This document shows positions 1 through 9,881 of a DNA stretch of 48,162 nucleotides, in pieces. How positions within the stretch are numbered: the stretch's first letter is position 1; every line of letters starts with the position of its first letter. Origin of the DNA: a bacterium. GTDB taxonomy: Bacteria; Coprothermobacterota; Coprothermobacteria; Coprothermobacterales; JAADFF01. The notes under the pieces were generated by a model that worked only from the letters and a program-made list of their open reading frames with translations, was not told where the DNA came from and searched no databases. The position numbers and the translations under genes are program-made. The stretch spans positions 1 to 48,162 of the forward strand of contig JAMORD010000040.1 of assembly GCA_027063755.1 (NCBI GenBank). The letters are read 5' to 3'.

Positions 1-600
1 TATAAGCTTTTGAAAGAAAAAGGTGCCAATGTATGTGTAAACTGGCCGGGACATCTTCCACCTGCGGCCGATAGGGTTTTTCCTGTGCCACTGACCGGTG
101 AAGAGAAGGGAACACTTGTAAATATAGACAAGGGTGAAGTTTCTGTAGATGATAAGGTGTTTCCCTTTACATATACTCCAGCAGAGCTACTGATAGATGG
201 TCTTGATGAACCAGACGATGTGCTTGCAGCACTGTTTGTCTCTTTATATGCAGGAACAAGGGGATTTGCAATGGATGAGGTGGCTGACAATGTCCTTGAG
301 TGGTTCCAGAGGTTGCTGGAGAAAGGATTTCCACACTACAAATATGTTGACCTTATATATGTCATTTCTTCACCTGATGTTTTTCGTGTCTGGGGTGATG
401 TTATGCAAAATGCCCAGCTGAAAGACGATATAGTTGTTTCTGTATATGACAAAGACGATACCCTTATTCCACCTGAATGGTTTAAAGTGGCATCTTATCT
501 TGCAAGGTACACAGGTAAGGGCAGGGTATATGTGAAGAGGAAGCAGGGTTATGAATACTTTGATGCAGATGGCTCTCGTGGGATGGTGGATAGCATATGA
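1..600 (+). CDS. Divergent DHH-family (NrnA-like) protein, 5'-truncated by the window edge, catalytic motifs degenerate
   Basis: Frame is open from base 1 (tat aag ctt ttg...). It occupies the usual nrnA slot upstream of truB-ribF. LVNIDKG resembles IxIDHH, TPAELL resembles STAEL, and SLYAGTRGF resembles GIxTDTGxF. Overlaps truB by 4 nt (ATGA). Confidence 0.55.
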   Translation, partial: YKLLKEKGANVCVNWPGHLPPAADRVFPVPLTGEEKGTLVNIDKGEVSVDDKVFPFTYTPAELLIDGLDEPDDVLAALFVSLYAGTRGFAMDEVADNVLEWFQRLLEKGFPHYKYVDLIYVISSPDVFRVWGDVMQNAQLKDDIVVSVYDKDDTLIPPEWFKVASYLARYTGKGRVYVKRKQGYEYFDADGSRGMVDSI

Positions 601-1505
601 CAGATGGCATACTGCCTGTTATCAAGCCTGTTGGTATGCGTTCCATGGAGGTTGTAGATAGAATCAAACACCGACTAAAAAAAGTCTATGGCAAGAAGAT
701 AAAGATGGGACATACCGGCACCCTTGACAGAATGGCAGCAGGTATGTTTCCCCTGTGTATAGGCAAAGCATGTAAGTTTACATCGTTTTTTACATCGTGG
801 GATAAAGAGTATGTGGCCCATATTGTGCTGGGTAAGTCTACCAAGACCCACGATATAGAGGGAGAGGTTACATATGTTCATGAGGGACCTATTCCCGATA
901 GAAACACTGTTGTAGATGCCCTTAGCGAGCATTTTATGGGGGAGATTATGCAGGTGCCCCCTATTGTGTCTGCCGTTAGGGTAAAGGGGAGAAGGGCCCA
1001 TGAGTATTTTTACGACGATGGAAAAGATGAGGGAGAGGTAGAGATACCGCCCCGCAAAGTGTTTATATATGAAATGCAGATTATTGACTATAAGGTGGCC
1101 GACAGTTTGGGGCATTTGTTTGTGCGTATTCGTTGCTCTAAGGGCACATATATTAGGGCTATTGCCAGAGATTTAGGCAAAGTGCTTGGCACTGGTGGGT
1201 ATATGCACGGTCTTGTGCGTACGATTACAGGACCATTTAAACTTGACGGTGCCGTGCCCATGAATATGCTATGGCAGACAGACCATCCCCTTGATTATCT
1301 TGTACCCATTGAGTATGGGCTCAGGACATATCCTGAGATTGTGCTTTCTGATACCGACATCAATATGCTCCGCTTGGGAAGAGGACTTCCCCTTGGTGAC
1401 GAGGGGACTGTAGATGCCGTATTTAGGGTGAAAAATACTGCCGGTATGTTCGTTGGACTTGCGGAGATGAGGGAAGGGGTGTTAAAGGTAAAACTATGGT
1501 TATAA
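597..1505 (+). CDS. truB: tRNA pseudouridine(55) synthase
   Basis: KPVGM, GHTGTLD (catalytic Asp), KEY, QVPPIVSA and CSKGTYIR motifs; upstream of ribF. Confidence 0.97.
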   Translation: MTDGILPVIKPVGMRSMEVVDRIKHRLKKVYGKKIKMGHTGTLDRMAAGMFPLCIGKACKFTSFFTSWDKEYVAHIVLGKSTKTHDIEGEVTYVHEGPIPDRNTVVDALSEHFMGEIMQVPPIVSAVRVKGRRAHEYFYDDGKDEGEVEIPPRKVFIYEMQIIDYKVADSLGHLFVRIRCSKGTYIRAIARDLGKVLGTGGYMHGLVRTITGPFKLDGAVPMNMLWQTDHPLDYLVPIEYGLRTYPEIVLSDTDINMLRLGRGLPLGDEGTVDAVFRVKNTAGMFVGLAEMREGVLKVKLWL

Positions 1506-2470
1506 GATACTCTCTGCCTACATATAAGGTTAAAGGAGTTGTTATTGGAAGCTTTGATGGTCTACATAGAGGGCATGTAGCTCTTTTGGGGCTAGCAAGA
1601 AGGTTTGGGGTAGATAGTGTGCTAACATTCTACCCTGTACCAAAGGCTGTTAAAGAGAGAGTTGGACATATTACTGTACTTTGGGAGAAGGTTGCGGGAT
1701 TTTCTGGTATGGGATTTGATAATATATTTGTCCTGAACTTTGGGGATGACCGCATTCGTAATATGAGTGCAGAAGAATTCCTTTATGCTCTTGAGCCGTA
1801 TGTGGATATTATTGTGGTTGGTTTTAACTTTAGATTTGGGAAAGATAGGCAGGGAGATGTTGAAATGCTGAAAGAGTGGGGTAAAATCCACAATAAGAAG
1901 ATTATTATTATGGAGCCAGAGATGGAAGGGGATATTGTTATATCCAGTAGTAATATACGAAAGAGCATAGAAGAGGGCAATTTAGAAGATGCTTGGCTTA
2001 TGCTCGGTTATCCTTATTTTGCTTCAGGACCTGTAATAAGGGAGAGGGGGATGGGCACCAAGATGGGTTTTCCCACCATAAATATACAGGTGCCTTCTGA
2101 CAAGATCATGCCTCCATATGGGGTGTATAGTGGCCTCCTTGCTACCGATGATGGCAAGGTTGTTTGGGCTGTTGCCAACTGGGGAGAAGCCCCTACATTC
2201 GGAAGAAAAGAGCCCAGGCTTGAGGCACATGTACTTGATGAGGTGATAGGTGAGCTTCATCCAGAAAAGGCATTATTTGTATTTCAGCATTTTATTAGGA
2301 AAGAAAGAAAGTTTGGCAGTATTGATGAACTGAAGCATCAGATAGATATAGACCTAAAAAAGGCCATATCACTATACGATCCTGAGTTTATGCATGGATT
2401 TTACCGTGCCTTTTTACCATATACCATTTGGAGGAGTATGTCTGTTATTCCTTTTGGATACGGTAGATAA
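1496..2470 (+). CDS. ribF: Bifunctional riboflavin kinase/FAD synthetase
   Basis: GSFDGLHRGH, VGFNFRFGK, ISSSNIR, GFPTIN and LEAH motifs. Confidence 0.96.
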   Translation: MVIRYSLPTYKVKGVVIGSFDGLHRGHVALLGLARRFGVDSVLTFYPVPKAVKERVGHITVLWEKVAGFSGMGFDNIFVLNFGDDRIRNMSAEEFLYALEPYVDIIVVGFNFRFGKDRQGDVEMLKEWGKIHNKKIIIMEPEMEGDIVISSSNIRKSIEEGNLEDAWLMLGYPYFASGPVIRERGMGTKMGFPTINIQVPSDKIMPPYGVYSGLLATDDGKVVWAVANWGEAPTFGRKEPRLEAHVLDEVIGELHPEKALFVFQHFIRKERKFGSIDELKHQIDIDLKKAISLYDPEFMHGFYRAFLPYTIWRSMSVIPFGYGR

Positions 2471-2497
2471 CCTGCTTTGGGGAGGGAGGGGACTACT

Positions 2498-3337
2498 GTG
2501 AAGCTTTGGAAGACAAAGAAATTTGCCAAGGCTATAAACAAAGTTAATGGCGAGAGATTTCAGATATGTCATAAGAAGATGGGCAGACCGTCAAGGCTTG
2601 CAATATTACTTTTAACCGATGACCCGTCATCGCATGGGTATGCTCATATGCAAAAAAAAACTTTTGCTAAGCATGGAGTAGATGTGTCTCTTGTGCACTA
2701 TCCAGCTGACATTCCCGCTGACACTATCTATGAGGATGTCATTAAGTGGATAGAGTGGGCCGATGGTGTGTTTCTGCACAGGCCTTTATACAGGCATCTT
2801 GATTATAGAAAGGTGCTTGGCATGATTCCATATACAAAAGACATAGAGGGTTTGAAAGAGGCGTCTATGGGTGGCCTTGTGCTAAAAAGATTCAATGTTA
2901 TACCGGCAACGGCCTGGTCGGCTGCTCTGATTCCGATGTTATATGGGGTTAATCTTGCAGGTAAAAAGACCGTTGTCATAGGTCGTTCACCGACTGTGGG
3001 TATGCCCCTGTCTATTTTGCTCACTCATATGAATGCTACAGTGTCTACAGTGCACTCTAAGACGCCGGATATTACAGAATATACGAAAATGGCTGATATT
3101 GTCTTTGTGGCTGTGGGTCGTCCAAGATTCCTTAAAGGTGACATGATAAGGGAAGGATCTTATGTTGTAGATATAGGTATTCACTATATAGGTGATGAGA
3201 TTGTGGGGGATGTTGATGCCTATTCTATTGAAGGTAAGGCTGCGGCATATACCCCAGTTCCCGGTGGTGTGGGTACGCTGACATCGTCCCTTATTGTGTC
3301 TTCGTTTTTGAAGCTTTTAGAAAAGTATGTATGCTAA
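2498..3337 (+). CDS. folD: Methylenetetrahydrofolate dehydrogenase (FolD family); cyclohydrolase residues altered
   Basis: KDIEG, PATA, IGRSPTVGMP, VVDIG, GDVD and TPVPGGVG motifs. GTG at 2498 follows a GGAGG SD; the ORF track starts at 2477. Confidence 0.93.
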   Translation: MKLWKTKKFAKAINKVNGERFQICHKKMGRPSRLAILLLTDDPSSHGYAHMQKKTFAKHGVDVSLVHYPADIPADTIYEDVIKWIEWADGVFLHRPLYRHLDYRKVLGMIPYTKDIEGLKEASMGGLVLKRFNVIPATAWSAALIPMLYGVNLAGKKTVVIGRSPTVGMPLSILLTHMNATVSTVHSKTPDITEYTKMADIVFVAVGRPRFLKGDMIREGSYVVDIGIHYIGDEIVGDVDAYSIEGKAAAYTPVPGGVGTLTSSLIVSSFLKLLEKYVC

Positions 3338-3343
3338 GGTGCT

Positions 3344-3673
3344 ATGTATATAAGAACATCTAAGGATTGGCATAGATTTTGGCAGAAAAAACGAGGCGAG
3401 GTAAAAGTTGTGTGTATAGATGCTTCGCTAATAGATGATCCTTTATTTGGAAAGGTTTTTGATAGGCATGACTTTTTTGAAAGAGTTCTAAAGAACTATG
3501 ATGGTATTCTATTAGTTAGGGAAGAGCATGGATATTATCTTGTGTCTCGTAAATATATGGCGTTCTTCCCGAAGAAGGTTTTTAATGACTATGACAAGAC
3601 TTGTGAAAGAGAGGAATTTGATGTACAATTATTGTTTGATACCCTTATAAATCGCTTTTTAAAGGAGGTGTAG
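3344..3673 (+). CDS. Hypothetical 109-aa protein
   Basis: Tightly packed between folD (6-nt gap) and metK (3-nt gap), with AAGGTG upstream of the ATG. Confidence 0.7.
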   Translation: MYIRTSKDWHRFWQKKRGEVKVVCIDASLIDDPLFGKVFDRHDFFERVLKNYDGILLVREEHGYYLVSRKYMAFFPKKVFNDYDKTCEREEFDVQLLFDTLINRFLKEV

Positions 3674-3676
3674 AGA

Positions 3677-4924
3677 GTGAAGAGATATTTCCGTTTTACA
3701 TCTGAGTCCGTTACAGAGGGCCATCCCGACAAGGTAGCCGACCAGATTTCTGATGCTATTCTTGATGCTTACTTGTCAGGTGATCCATACAGCCGTGTTG
3801 CTGCCGAGACCGCAGTCAATACGGGTATTGTCTATGTGTTTGGTGAGATTACATCTCAGGCAAATCCAGATCTTGATGAGGTTATACGAAATGTCATAAG
3901 GAATATTGGCTATACAAAGGCAGAGTATGGATTTGCCGCAGATTCTGTAGGTATCATATTTGGACTAAAACGCCAGTCTCCCGATATAGCTATGGGTGTT
4001 AACAAGTCTCTTGAGGCTAAAGTGGGAGAGGCTGATACAGAGGAGGAGGCCATTGGTGCGGGAGACCAGGGCATGATGATAGGTTATGCTGTTGCGGAAA
4101 CCGATGTTTATATGCCTCTTCCCATTTACCTTGCCCACAAGCTTGTAAAGAGACTTGCCGATGTCCGTAAGCGTGGTGACCTTCCATTTCTTAGACCTGA
4201 TGGAAAGAGTCAGGTTACTGTTAAATATGAGCTTGATACAGAAACAGGTATTAGAAGACCAATAAAGATTACCGATGTTGTTGTATCTGCTCAGCACGAT
4301 GATATGGACATGGACGAGCTGAGGGAGAAAATTCTTAAGCATGTCATTCTTCCTGTGCTTCCTGAGAACCTTATGCCATCTAAATATGTTATCAATGTGC
4401 CAGAAGATGATCCTGCTATGGATAGTGACACATTGAGAATATTCATCAATCCAACAGGTAGATTTGTTATAGGTGGCCCTAAGGGTGATGCAGGTCTTAC
4501 TGGTCGTAAGATTATGGTTGATACATATGGTTCTATGGCAAGCCACGGTGGTGGTGCATTCAGCGGAAAAGACCCAACGAAGGTTGACCGTTCCGCAGCA
4601 TATATGGCAAGATATATTGCCAAAAATATTGTTGCCGCAGGGCTTGCTTACGAGGCAACAGTACAGCTTGCGTATGCTATTGGTGTAGCCGAACCTGTGT
4701 CTCTTATGATTGATACCCATGGTACGGGCAAGGTACCTGAAATAGAGATTGCCAAGTGGTTTGATGAAAATGTTGATATGACTCCAGGTGGCATTATAAA
4801 GAGGTTCAATCTTAGAAGACCTATTTATCTGCAGACTGCTGCCTATGGTCACTTTGGTAGAGAAGGCTTCCCGTGGGAGGAAACGGATCTTGTAGATGAG
4901 CTCAGAAGACACTTTGGCCTATAA
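3677..4924 (+). CDS. metK: S-adenosylmethionine synthetase
   Basis: [27 protein letters not shown] and GGGAFSGKD motifs. Confidence 0.99.
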   Translation: MKRYFRFTSESVTEGHPDKVADQISDAILDAYLSGDPYSRVAAETAVNTGIVYVFGEITSQANPDLDEVIRNVIRNIGYTKAEYGFAADSVGIIFGLKRQSPDIAMGVNKSLEAKVGEADTEEEAIGAGDQGMMIGYAVAETDVYMPLPIYLAHKLVKRLADVRKRGDLPFLRPDGKSQVTVKYELDTETGIRRPIKITDVVVSAQHDDMDMDELREKILKHVILPVLPENLMPSKYVINVPEDDPAMDSDTLRIFINPTGRFVIGGPKGDAGLTGRKIMVDTYGSMASHGGGAFSGKDPTKVDRSAAYMARYIAKNIVAAGLAYEATVQLAYAIGVAEPVSLMIDTHGTGKVPEIEIAKWFDENVDMTPGGIIKRFNLRRPIYLQTAAYGHFGREGFPWEETDLVDELRRHFGL

Positions 4925-6974
4925 GTATTACAAAGTTGCTATTGATACACCACTGATAGGAGAGCGGTCGGTATTTACCTACCGCTCTCTTTTTTTACTA
5001 CATCCCGGTGACCTTGTTGTTGTGCCTGTAGGTAAAGGAGATGCTCCCAGATATGGCATTGTCGTGGGTATTGCCGATGAGGTACCCGCTGGTGTAGAGA
5101 TAAAAGATGTTTCACAGATTGCATATCGTGGACTGTTTCCCTGCTGGTATGTTCATTTTGTTTTAGATGTTTCCACAAAGTTGTTAATTCCACCATTTAA
5201 TATATTTCTCATATCCTACGATAAGACCCTTATGGATATATCCCGTATTAGATTGCTAATGTATACGGGGAAAACATGTCCTATTTCTAAAAGTCCAGCG
5301 CTGAACATACTTGCTTCCGATTTACAAGAGCATGGTTATTTGTTGTGGCGTGATGTAAGAAAGCGATTTGGCTCTAAGGCTGGCAGATTGTGGAAACGAC
5401 TCAAGGATGTGGGATGTGCTACAGAGACTATTGGTAGCCGTGCATATACCCCTAAGGCATCTGCCGATGTGTGGCTTGTGTGTCAAGATAAGGAATATCC
5501 CCTGAAAATAGCCCTTGCGTCGTTTGGTAGAAAGACAGTTTTACAGATGTTGGAGGTAGGACATTGTAAAGTTGTTTACTATACACCTGATAGTGCTGAA
5601 GACAGTGGTAATGAAAGAGGGCTTTTCACTATAAAAGGCACGATAGATGATGTCATAGAGTTGGTAAAAAAGATGAGTGGTAAGGTGGCCGTGGTGGTAA
5701 GAAATCGCTCGGTAGCCACAGGACTTGCCAAAAAGATGGTAAAACAGGGTATAAATCGGGTGATATCTCCTACGCTAAAGAAAAAAGAACTCCTCTCGTA
5801 TATTGTTTCAGACATAGCAGGTGTCTTTGTTGTTTCTCCAGGCTATGTCTTCAAACCGTGGCATGGTTTGTCTACTGTGATTTTCTATGATATAGACGAT
5901 GTGTCTATACCATTTAGAGATGGGGCATATATGAGTTTGCCAGAGGTTGTTCCTATTCTTAGAAGCTATGTAGACAGTATTTACTATGTTTCACCATTTC
6001 CTAATCTGTCTATTGCCGATATGTCTGATGATGTTAAGGAGCAATATATACCGGGTAATATTACCGTGATCTCTAAGCCCCGAGACGAAGTCTTGCACGC
6101 AGATACACTACAGAAGATGAAAGATATTGTAGGGCGTGGGGGCAGGGTGCTTGTGTATGCATCCCGCCTTGGTTATAAGACGGCAGTGCTATGTCGCCAT
6201 TGTGGTTATGTGCAGAAGTGTCCTGTGTGTGGTTTTACTATGGTTTATCACCTGAAAGAAGATAAGATGATATGCCACAGATGCGGACACACGGAACATC
6301 CTATGGCTACATGTCCTAAGTGTGGTTCTTCAGACATTGTTATGGTTGGTACGGGTATAGAGCTGATAGAGACAGAACTTCGCCGTGTGTTTGGTGATGC
6401 CCTTTGTGTACAAAGTTCCAGTCGGAGGAAAAAGTGCTCTCCAGATAAACCTGTTGTGCTTGCCACTTTTCGTTTTTATAGGTATTTTGTTGGGGATCCC
6501 TTTGATATGGTATATGTCCCCGATATGGACTTTATGTGGGCTATACCAGAATATACAGTATGGGAGACAACAATGAGAAGGATTCACCGCTTGGCTATGG
6601 CTGGTAAGGAAATTGTTATAGCCACAAATATTTCCGATGTGTGGAAAGAAAGATTGGATGAGAGATATATGTCGTTTGTAAGGCGAGAACTGGGTGAGAG
6701 AAAACTCCTATCTTTCCCCCCTTTTGTACCTATACTGACACTGGAGTATGGGGGAGAAGACTATAAAGATACCCGTGCCAAGGTTGAGCATTTCTATGAA
6801 ATATTGGTGAATTCTAAATGTGGTGAAGTATGGAATCCCGAGTTTGTAGGACGCTTTTCTACCGATGGATTATATCGCTGGATGATAAGACTTTCTCTTG
6901 ACACTATACCTTCTCAGATTATAGAATTCGTTGAAAAAACGCATCCTATAAGGTATTACCTTTCTACCCTTTAA
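4896..6974 (+). CDS. priA: Primosomal protein N' (PriA), helicase motifs degenerate
   Basis: N-terminal 3'-binding-like segment (FTY...GDLVVVPVG). Eight-Cys region CRHC-CPVC-CHRC-CPKC followed by GTGIE, and FPPF near the C-terminus. Conserved position downstream of metK. Confidence 0.9.
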   Translation: MSSEDTLAYKYYKVAIDTPLIGERSVFTYRSLFLLHPGDLVVVPVGKGDAPRYGIVVGIADEVPAGVEIKDVSQIAYRGLFPCWYVHFVLDVSTKLLIPPFNIFLISYDKTLMDISRIRLLMYTGKTCPISKSPALNILASDLQEHGYLLWRDVRKRFGSKAGRLWKRLKDVGCATETIGSRAYTPKASADVWLVCQDKEYPLKIALASFGRKTVLQMLEVGHCKVVYYTPDSAEDSGNERGLFTIKGTIDDVIELVKKMSGKVAVVVRNRSVATGLAKKMVKQGINRVISPTLKKKELLSYIVSDIAGVFVVSPGYVFKPWHGLSTVIFYDIDDVSIPFRDGAYMSLPEVVPILRSYVDSIYYVSPFPNLSIADMSDDVKEQYIPGNITVISKPRDEVLHADTLQKMKDIVGRGGRVLVYASRLGYKTAVLCRHCGYVQKCPVCGFTMVYHLKEDKMICHRCGHTEHPMATCPKCGSSDIVMVGTGIELIETELRRVFGDALCVQSSSRRKKCSPDKPVVLATFRFYRYFVGDPFDMVYVPDMDFMWAIPEYTVWETTMRRIHRLAMAGKEIVIATNISDVWKERLDERYMSFVRRELGERKLLSFPPFVPILTLEYGGEDYKDTRAKVEHFYEILVNSKCGEVWNPEFVGRFSTDGLYRWMIRLSLDTIPSQIIEFVEKTHPIRYYLSTL

Positions 6975-7010
6975 GAAAATTGATGTGTATGTACTTATTT
7001 CACCATGATA

Positions 7011-7019
7011 TGCTATAAT
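7011..7019 (+). promoter_or_regulatory. Extended -10 sigma70-type promoter for the feo operon
   Basis: TGCTATAAT (TGn + perfect TATAAT) in the AT-rich intergenic gap; no good -35. Confidence 0.6.
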
Positions 7020-7035
7020 CTTTAGCGAGTGAAAA

Positions 7036-7051
7036 GTTTAGAGATATAAAC
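7036..7051. promoter_or_regulatory. Candidate DtxR/MntR-family operator
   Basis: Inverted repeat GTTTA-GAGATA-TAAAC between the -10 element and the feoB SD, in an operon encoding a DtxR-family repressor. Confidence 0.4.
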
Positions 7052-7067
7052 AAAGGAGGTGCCACAG

Positions 7068-8990
7068 GTGAAGACACTGCACAGACTCCGAGTAGCCCTT
7101 GCTGGGAATCCCAATGTTGGCAAATCGGCTTTGTTTAATGTCTTGACAGGCATGTATCAGCATACGGCAAACTGGCCCGGTAAAACGGTAGAGAGAAAAG
7201 AAGGTTTTTTTGATATAGACGATGTTCATGTTGAAGTGATTGATCTCCCAGGTATTTATTCCCTAACTGTGACATCTCCCGAAGAAGAGGTTACAAGGGA
7301 GTTTTTAACAAATGGAGATATAGATGTGGTCATCAATGTTGTTGATGCTTCCAATCTCTTTAGAAATCTTATGTTTACAGTGCAACTTCTTGAGCTATTT
7401 CCCCGTGTGATACTTTTTGTTAATATGCTTGATGTGGCAGAGGCTAAGGGGGTAAAGATAGACCTTGACAAACTGTCTAAGAAACTTGGTATACCCGTTG
7501 TCGGCGGTGTTGTTGTAACGGGAGAGGGTATAGATGAGTTGAAACAGGTGCTGAAAGATGTTGTTAGTGGTAAGGTGCATTTTCATCCTGTGTATCCTGT
7601 GTATGGTCAGGAGGTTGAAATTCTTGAAGAATACCTTGCCAAATATGGTTGCAAATATCCGCCAAAGTTTGCCGCTGTGAAGGCACTTGAAGGTGATGAG
7701 GAGATTATCAAGTTATTGAAGGAAAAAGGAATTAGTGTTCCTGAGCCACAACCACAGGCTATTTCGCAGATTCGTGCCGAGTGGCTGAAGAATCTTCTGA
7801 GGGATGTGTTTGTTGTAGATGATTATAATCCAGAGATGACAATAACCGACCGTATAGACATGGTTGTTACACATCCTATATGGGGATATGTCGTTTTTAT
7901 ATTGGTTATGTTTCTTATGTTTTATATTACATTTACATTTGGCGGATACTTTGCCAATCTTATAGATATGTTCTTTGGTTGGTTAGGAGATGCCATATCT
8001 AAATATATTGCTTCGGATTTGTGGAGATCATTTATTGTAGATGCTGTTATTGGTGGTGTTGGTTCTGTGCTAACATTTACACCTATTATCTTTACATTTT
8101 TCCTTATGTATTCTATTCTTGAAGATAGTGGATACATTGCCCGGGCTGCGGCCATGATGGATAGACTCATGCACCTATTAGGACTTCCTGCTAAGCTGTT
8201 TTTCCCACTTATTTTGGGTATGGGATGTACAGTGCCAGCTGTTATGGGGACAACGGCTTTGGAGGAAGAGGAACGCAAGCTTGGTGTGTATCTTGTAGGG
8301 TTTATGCCATGTAGTGCAAGGCTTGCCGTGTACAGTGCTATAGTATCTGCTTTCTTTAGAGGTTATACAGGGGCACTTGTTATTGTTTCTATGTATCTTA
8401 TAGGTTTCTTAGCCGTTGTTGTAGGTGCTAAGGTACTTAAGATGTTTGGTCTGGCAAAAGATACAATGCCACTTGTTATAGAGTTGCCATCGTATCACAT
8501 TCCTCATATAAGAACTGTGCTTTACTCTACCTGGATACGCACGAAAGAGTTTATTTATAAGGCTGGTACACTTATCTTTGTATCCACTATCGTTATATGG
8601 ATGCTTGTCAATATGCCTTTTGGGGTGAAACCTGAAGATAGTTATCTTGCATGGCTTGGTAGAGTGATAGCTCCACTTTTTGCTCCACTTGGGCTTGCCG
8701 ACTGGCGAATTGTGTCTACACTGATTCCGTCATTTGCAGCCAAAGAGGCTGCCATTGCCACCATTGGTGTACTGTATGGTGGGGTAGAGATGTTGAAGCA
8801 TGCTATTACCATTCCTCAGATACTGGTGTTTTTGGTGTTCTTTACCCTATATACCCCATGTATGGCAACGCTGGGTGCCATATACAGCGTTACAAAGAGA
8901 TGGAAAGTTGTATTTTTATCAGTGCTGTTTAGTTTTGCCACAGCGTATATTTTCGCTTTCATGACACGACTAATAGTAATGGGAGTTTAG
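7068..8990 (+). CDS. feoB: Ferrous iron transporter B
   Basis: G1 GNPNVGKS, NWPGKTVE, DLPG and NMLD motifs, then a polytopic membrane domain with GCTVPA, MPCSAR and YTPC. GTG at 7068 is better spaced from the GGAGG than GTG at 7059. Confidence 0.97.
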   Translation: MKTLHRLRVALAGNPNVGKSALFNVLTGMYQHTANWPGKTVERKEGFFDIDDVHVEVIDLPGIYSLTVTSPEEEVTREFLTNGDIDVVINVVDASNLFRNLMFTVQLLELFPRVILFVNMLDVAEAKGVKIDLDKLSKKLGIPVVGGVVVTGEGIDELKQVLKDVVSGKVHFHPVYPVYGQEVEILEEYLAKYGCKYPPKFAAVKALEGDEEIIKLLKEKGISVPEPQPQAISQIRAEWLKNLLRDVFVVDDYNPEMTITDRIDMVVTHPIWGYVVFILVMFLMFYITFTFGGYFANLIDMFFGWLGDAISKYIASDLWRSFIVDAVIGGVGSVLTFTPIIFTFFLMYSILEDSGYIARAAAMMDRLMHLLGLPAKLFFPLILGMGCTVPAVMGTTALEEEERKLGVYLVGFMPCSARLAVYSAIVSAFFRGYTGALVIVSMYLIGFLAVVVGAKVLKMFGLAKDTMPLVIELPSYHIPHIRTVLYSTWIRTKEFIYKAGTLIFVSTIVIWMLVNMPFGVKPEDSYLAWLGRVIAPLFAPLGLADWRIVSTLIPSFAAKEAAIATIGVLYGGVEMLKHAITIPQILVFLVFFTLYTPCMATLGAIYSVTKRWKVVFLSVLFSFATAYIFAFMTRLIVMGV

Positions 8991-9049
8991 TATAGAGTTT
9001 AGCAATGGAAACTTTTTGTGGTATTATGTATGTTAGGAGGTGCCATTAA

Positions 9050-9304
9050 ATGTTAACACCTATGGGAGTGGGAAAGGAAGGGCTTATGAACTTAGAAATG
9101 GCCCCTGAGGGGTTTGAAGGCATAGTTGCATATATAGATGGAGGTGATCGTGTATCGCAGCGTATGATGGCACTGGGAATAGTGCCTGGTACACATATAA
9201 AGGTTATAAGAAATTCTTCATTTGGTCCACTGATTGTGGATATTGAAGGAACAAGAATAGCATTAGGAAGAGGGGTGTCAAGTAAGGTATGGCTGAGAAA
9301 ATAG
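9050..9304 (+). CDS. feoA: FeoA family protein
   Basis: RMMALGIVPG...GPLIV...RIALGRG signature; AGGAGG SD. Confidence 0.93.
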   Translation: MLTPMGVGKEGLMNLEMAPEGFEGIVAYIDGGDRVSQRMMALGIVPGTHIKVIRNSSFGPLIVDIEGTRIALGRGVSSKVWLRK

Positions 9305-9861
9305 AGGGAGCAGCAGAGGAGATGTTAGAGAGCGGGAAAAAATGCACAAATATCAATGATGTTGTGGAGATTTTACCGGTAGATTACCTTATTGCAGGTG
9401 ACAAAAAGCATTCAGCAGAAGATTACCTGGTAGCTATTTTGTATATTGCTCGTAAGCGTGGCAAGTACGGTGGTTGTTGTCGTGCGAAGGAACTTGCTGA
9501 GGTGCTTGGGGTTAGTCGTTCTTCTGTTTCACAGGTTCTCAGAAGGTTGGCTAAGGCTGGCTATGTTGATTTTAAACCCTATGCCAGAAGCATTACATTG
9601 ACCGAGAAAGGTGCCCAACTTGCACAGAGTTTGCATGCACGACGTATTGTTGTTATGCTTATGGCTGATATTCTTGGTTTTACCGAAGAGCGATCAAAAG
9701 AGATAGCATGCTTTCTTGAGCATTTCATGAATGATGACGAAAGACGGGCCGTAGCGAGATTTATTTGCTTTATGCAGAATCATCCTGATATCATGAAAGA
9801 ATGGCTGGAGTTTAGAGGTGTAGATTTGGCAAAATTTACTTCTAAGATAAGAGAAGGATGA
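9289..9861 (+). CDS. DtxR/MntR-family metal-dependent repressor
   Basis: EDYLVAI, HTH AKELAEVLGVSRSSVSQVLRRL, ITLTEKG and ACFLEH motifs; start codon uncertain. Confidence 0.9.
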   Translation: MAEKIEGAAEEMLESGKKCTNINDVVEILPVDYLIAGDKKHSAEDYLVAILYIARKRGKYGGCCRAKELAEVLGVSRSSVSQVLRRLAKAGYVDFKPYARSITLTEKGAQLAQSLHARRIVVMLMADILGFTEERSKEIACFLEHFMNDDERRAVARFICFMQNHPDIMKEWLEFRGVDLAKFTSKIREG

Positions 9862-9881
9862 GGCTTAGGCCTCATCCTTCT
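9852..9881. terminator. Perfect 13-bp hairpin at a convergent junction, candidate bidirectional terminator
   Basis: AGAAGGATGAGGC-TTAG-GCCTCATCCTTCT spans the stop codons of both convergent genes. Confidence 0.6.

Noticed and set aside
2479-2491. G-rich run GGGGAGGGAGGGG as a G-quadruplex
   Set aside because: Only three G-tracts; explained as the folD Shine-Dalgarno region.
3965-4912. 315-aa antisense ORF within metK
   Set aside because: Shadow of a conserved gene's codon bias; no motifs or SD. The same applies to 13622-14263, 22575-23252, 35319-35933 and the other nested ORFs.
8983-9002. GAGTTTAG direct repeat at the end of feoB
   Set aside because: Only two 8-mers, one within coding sequence; too weak to call.
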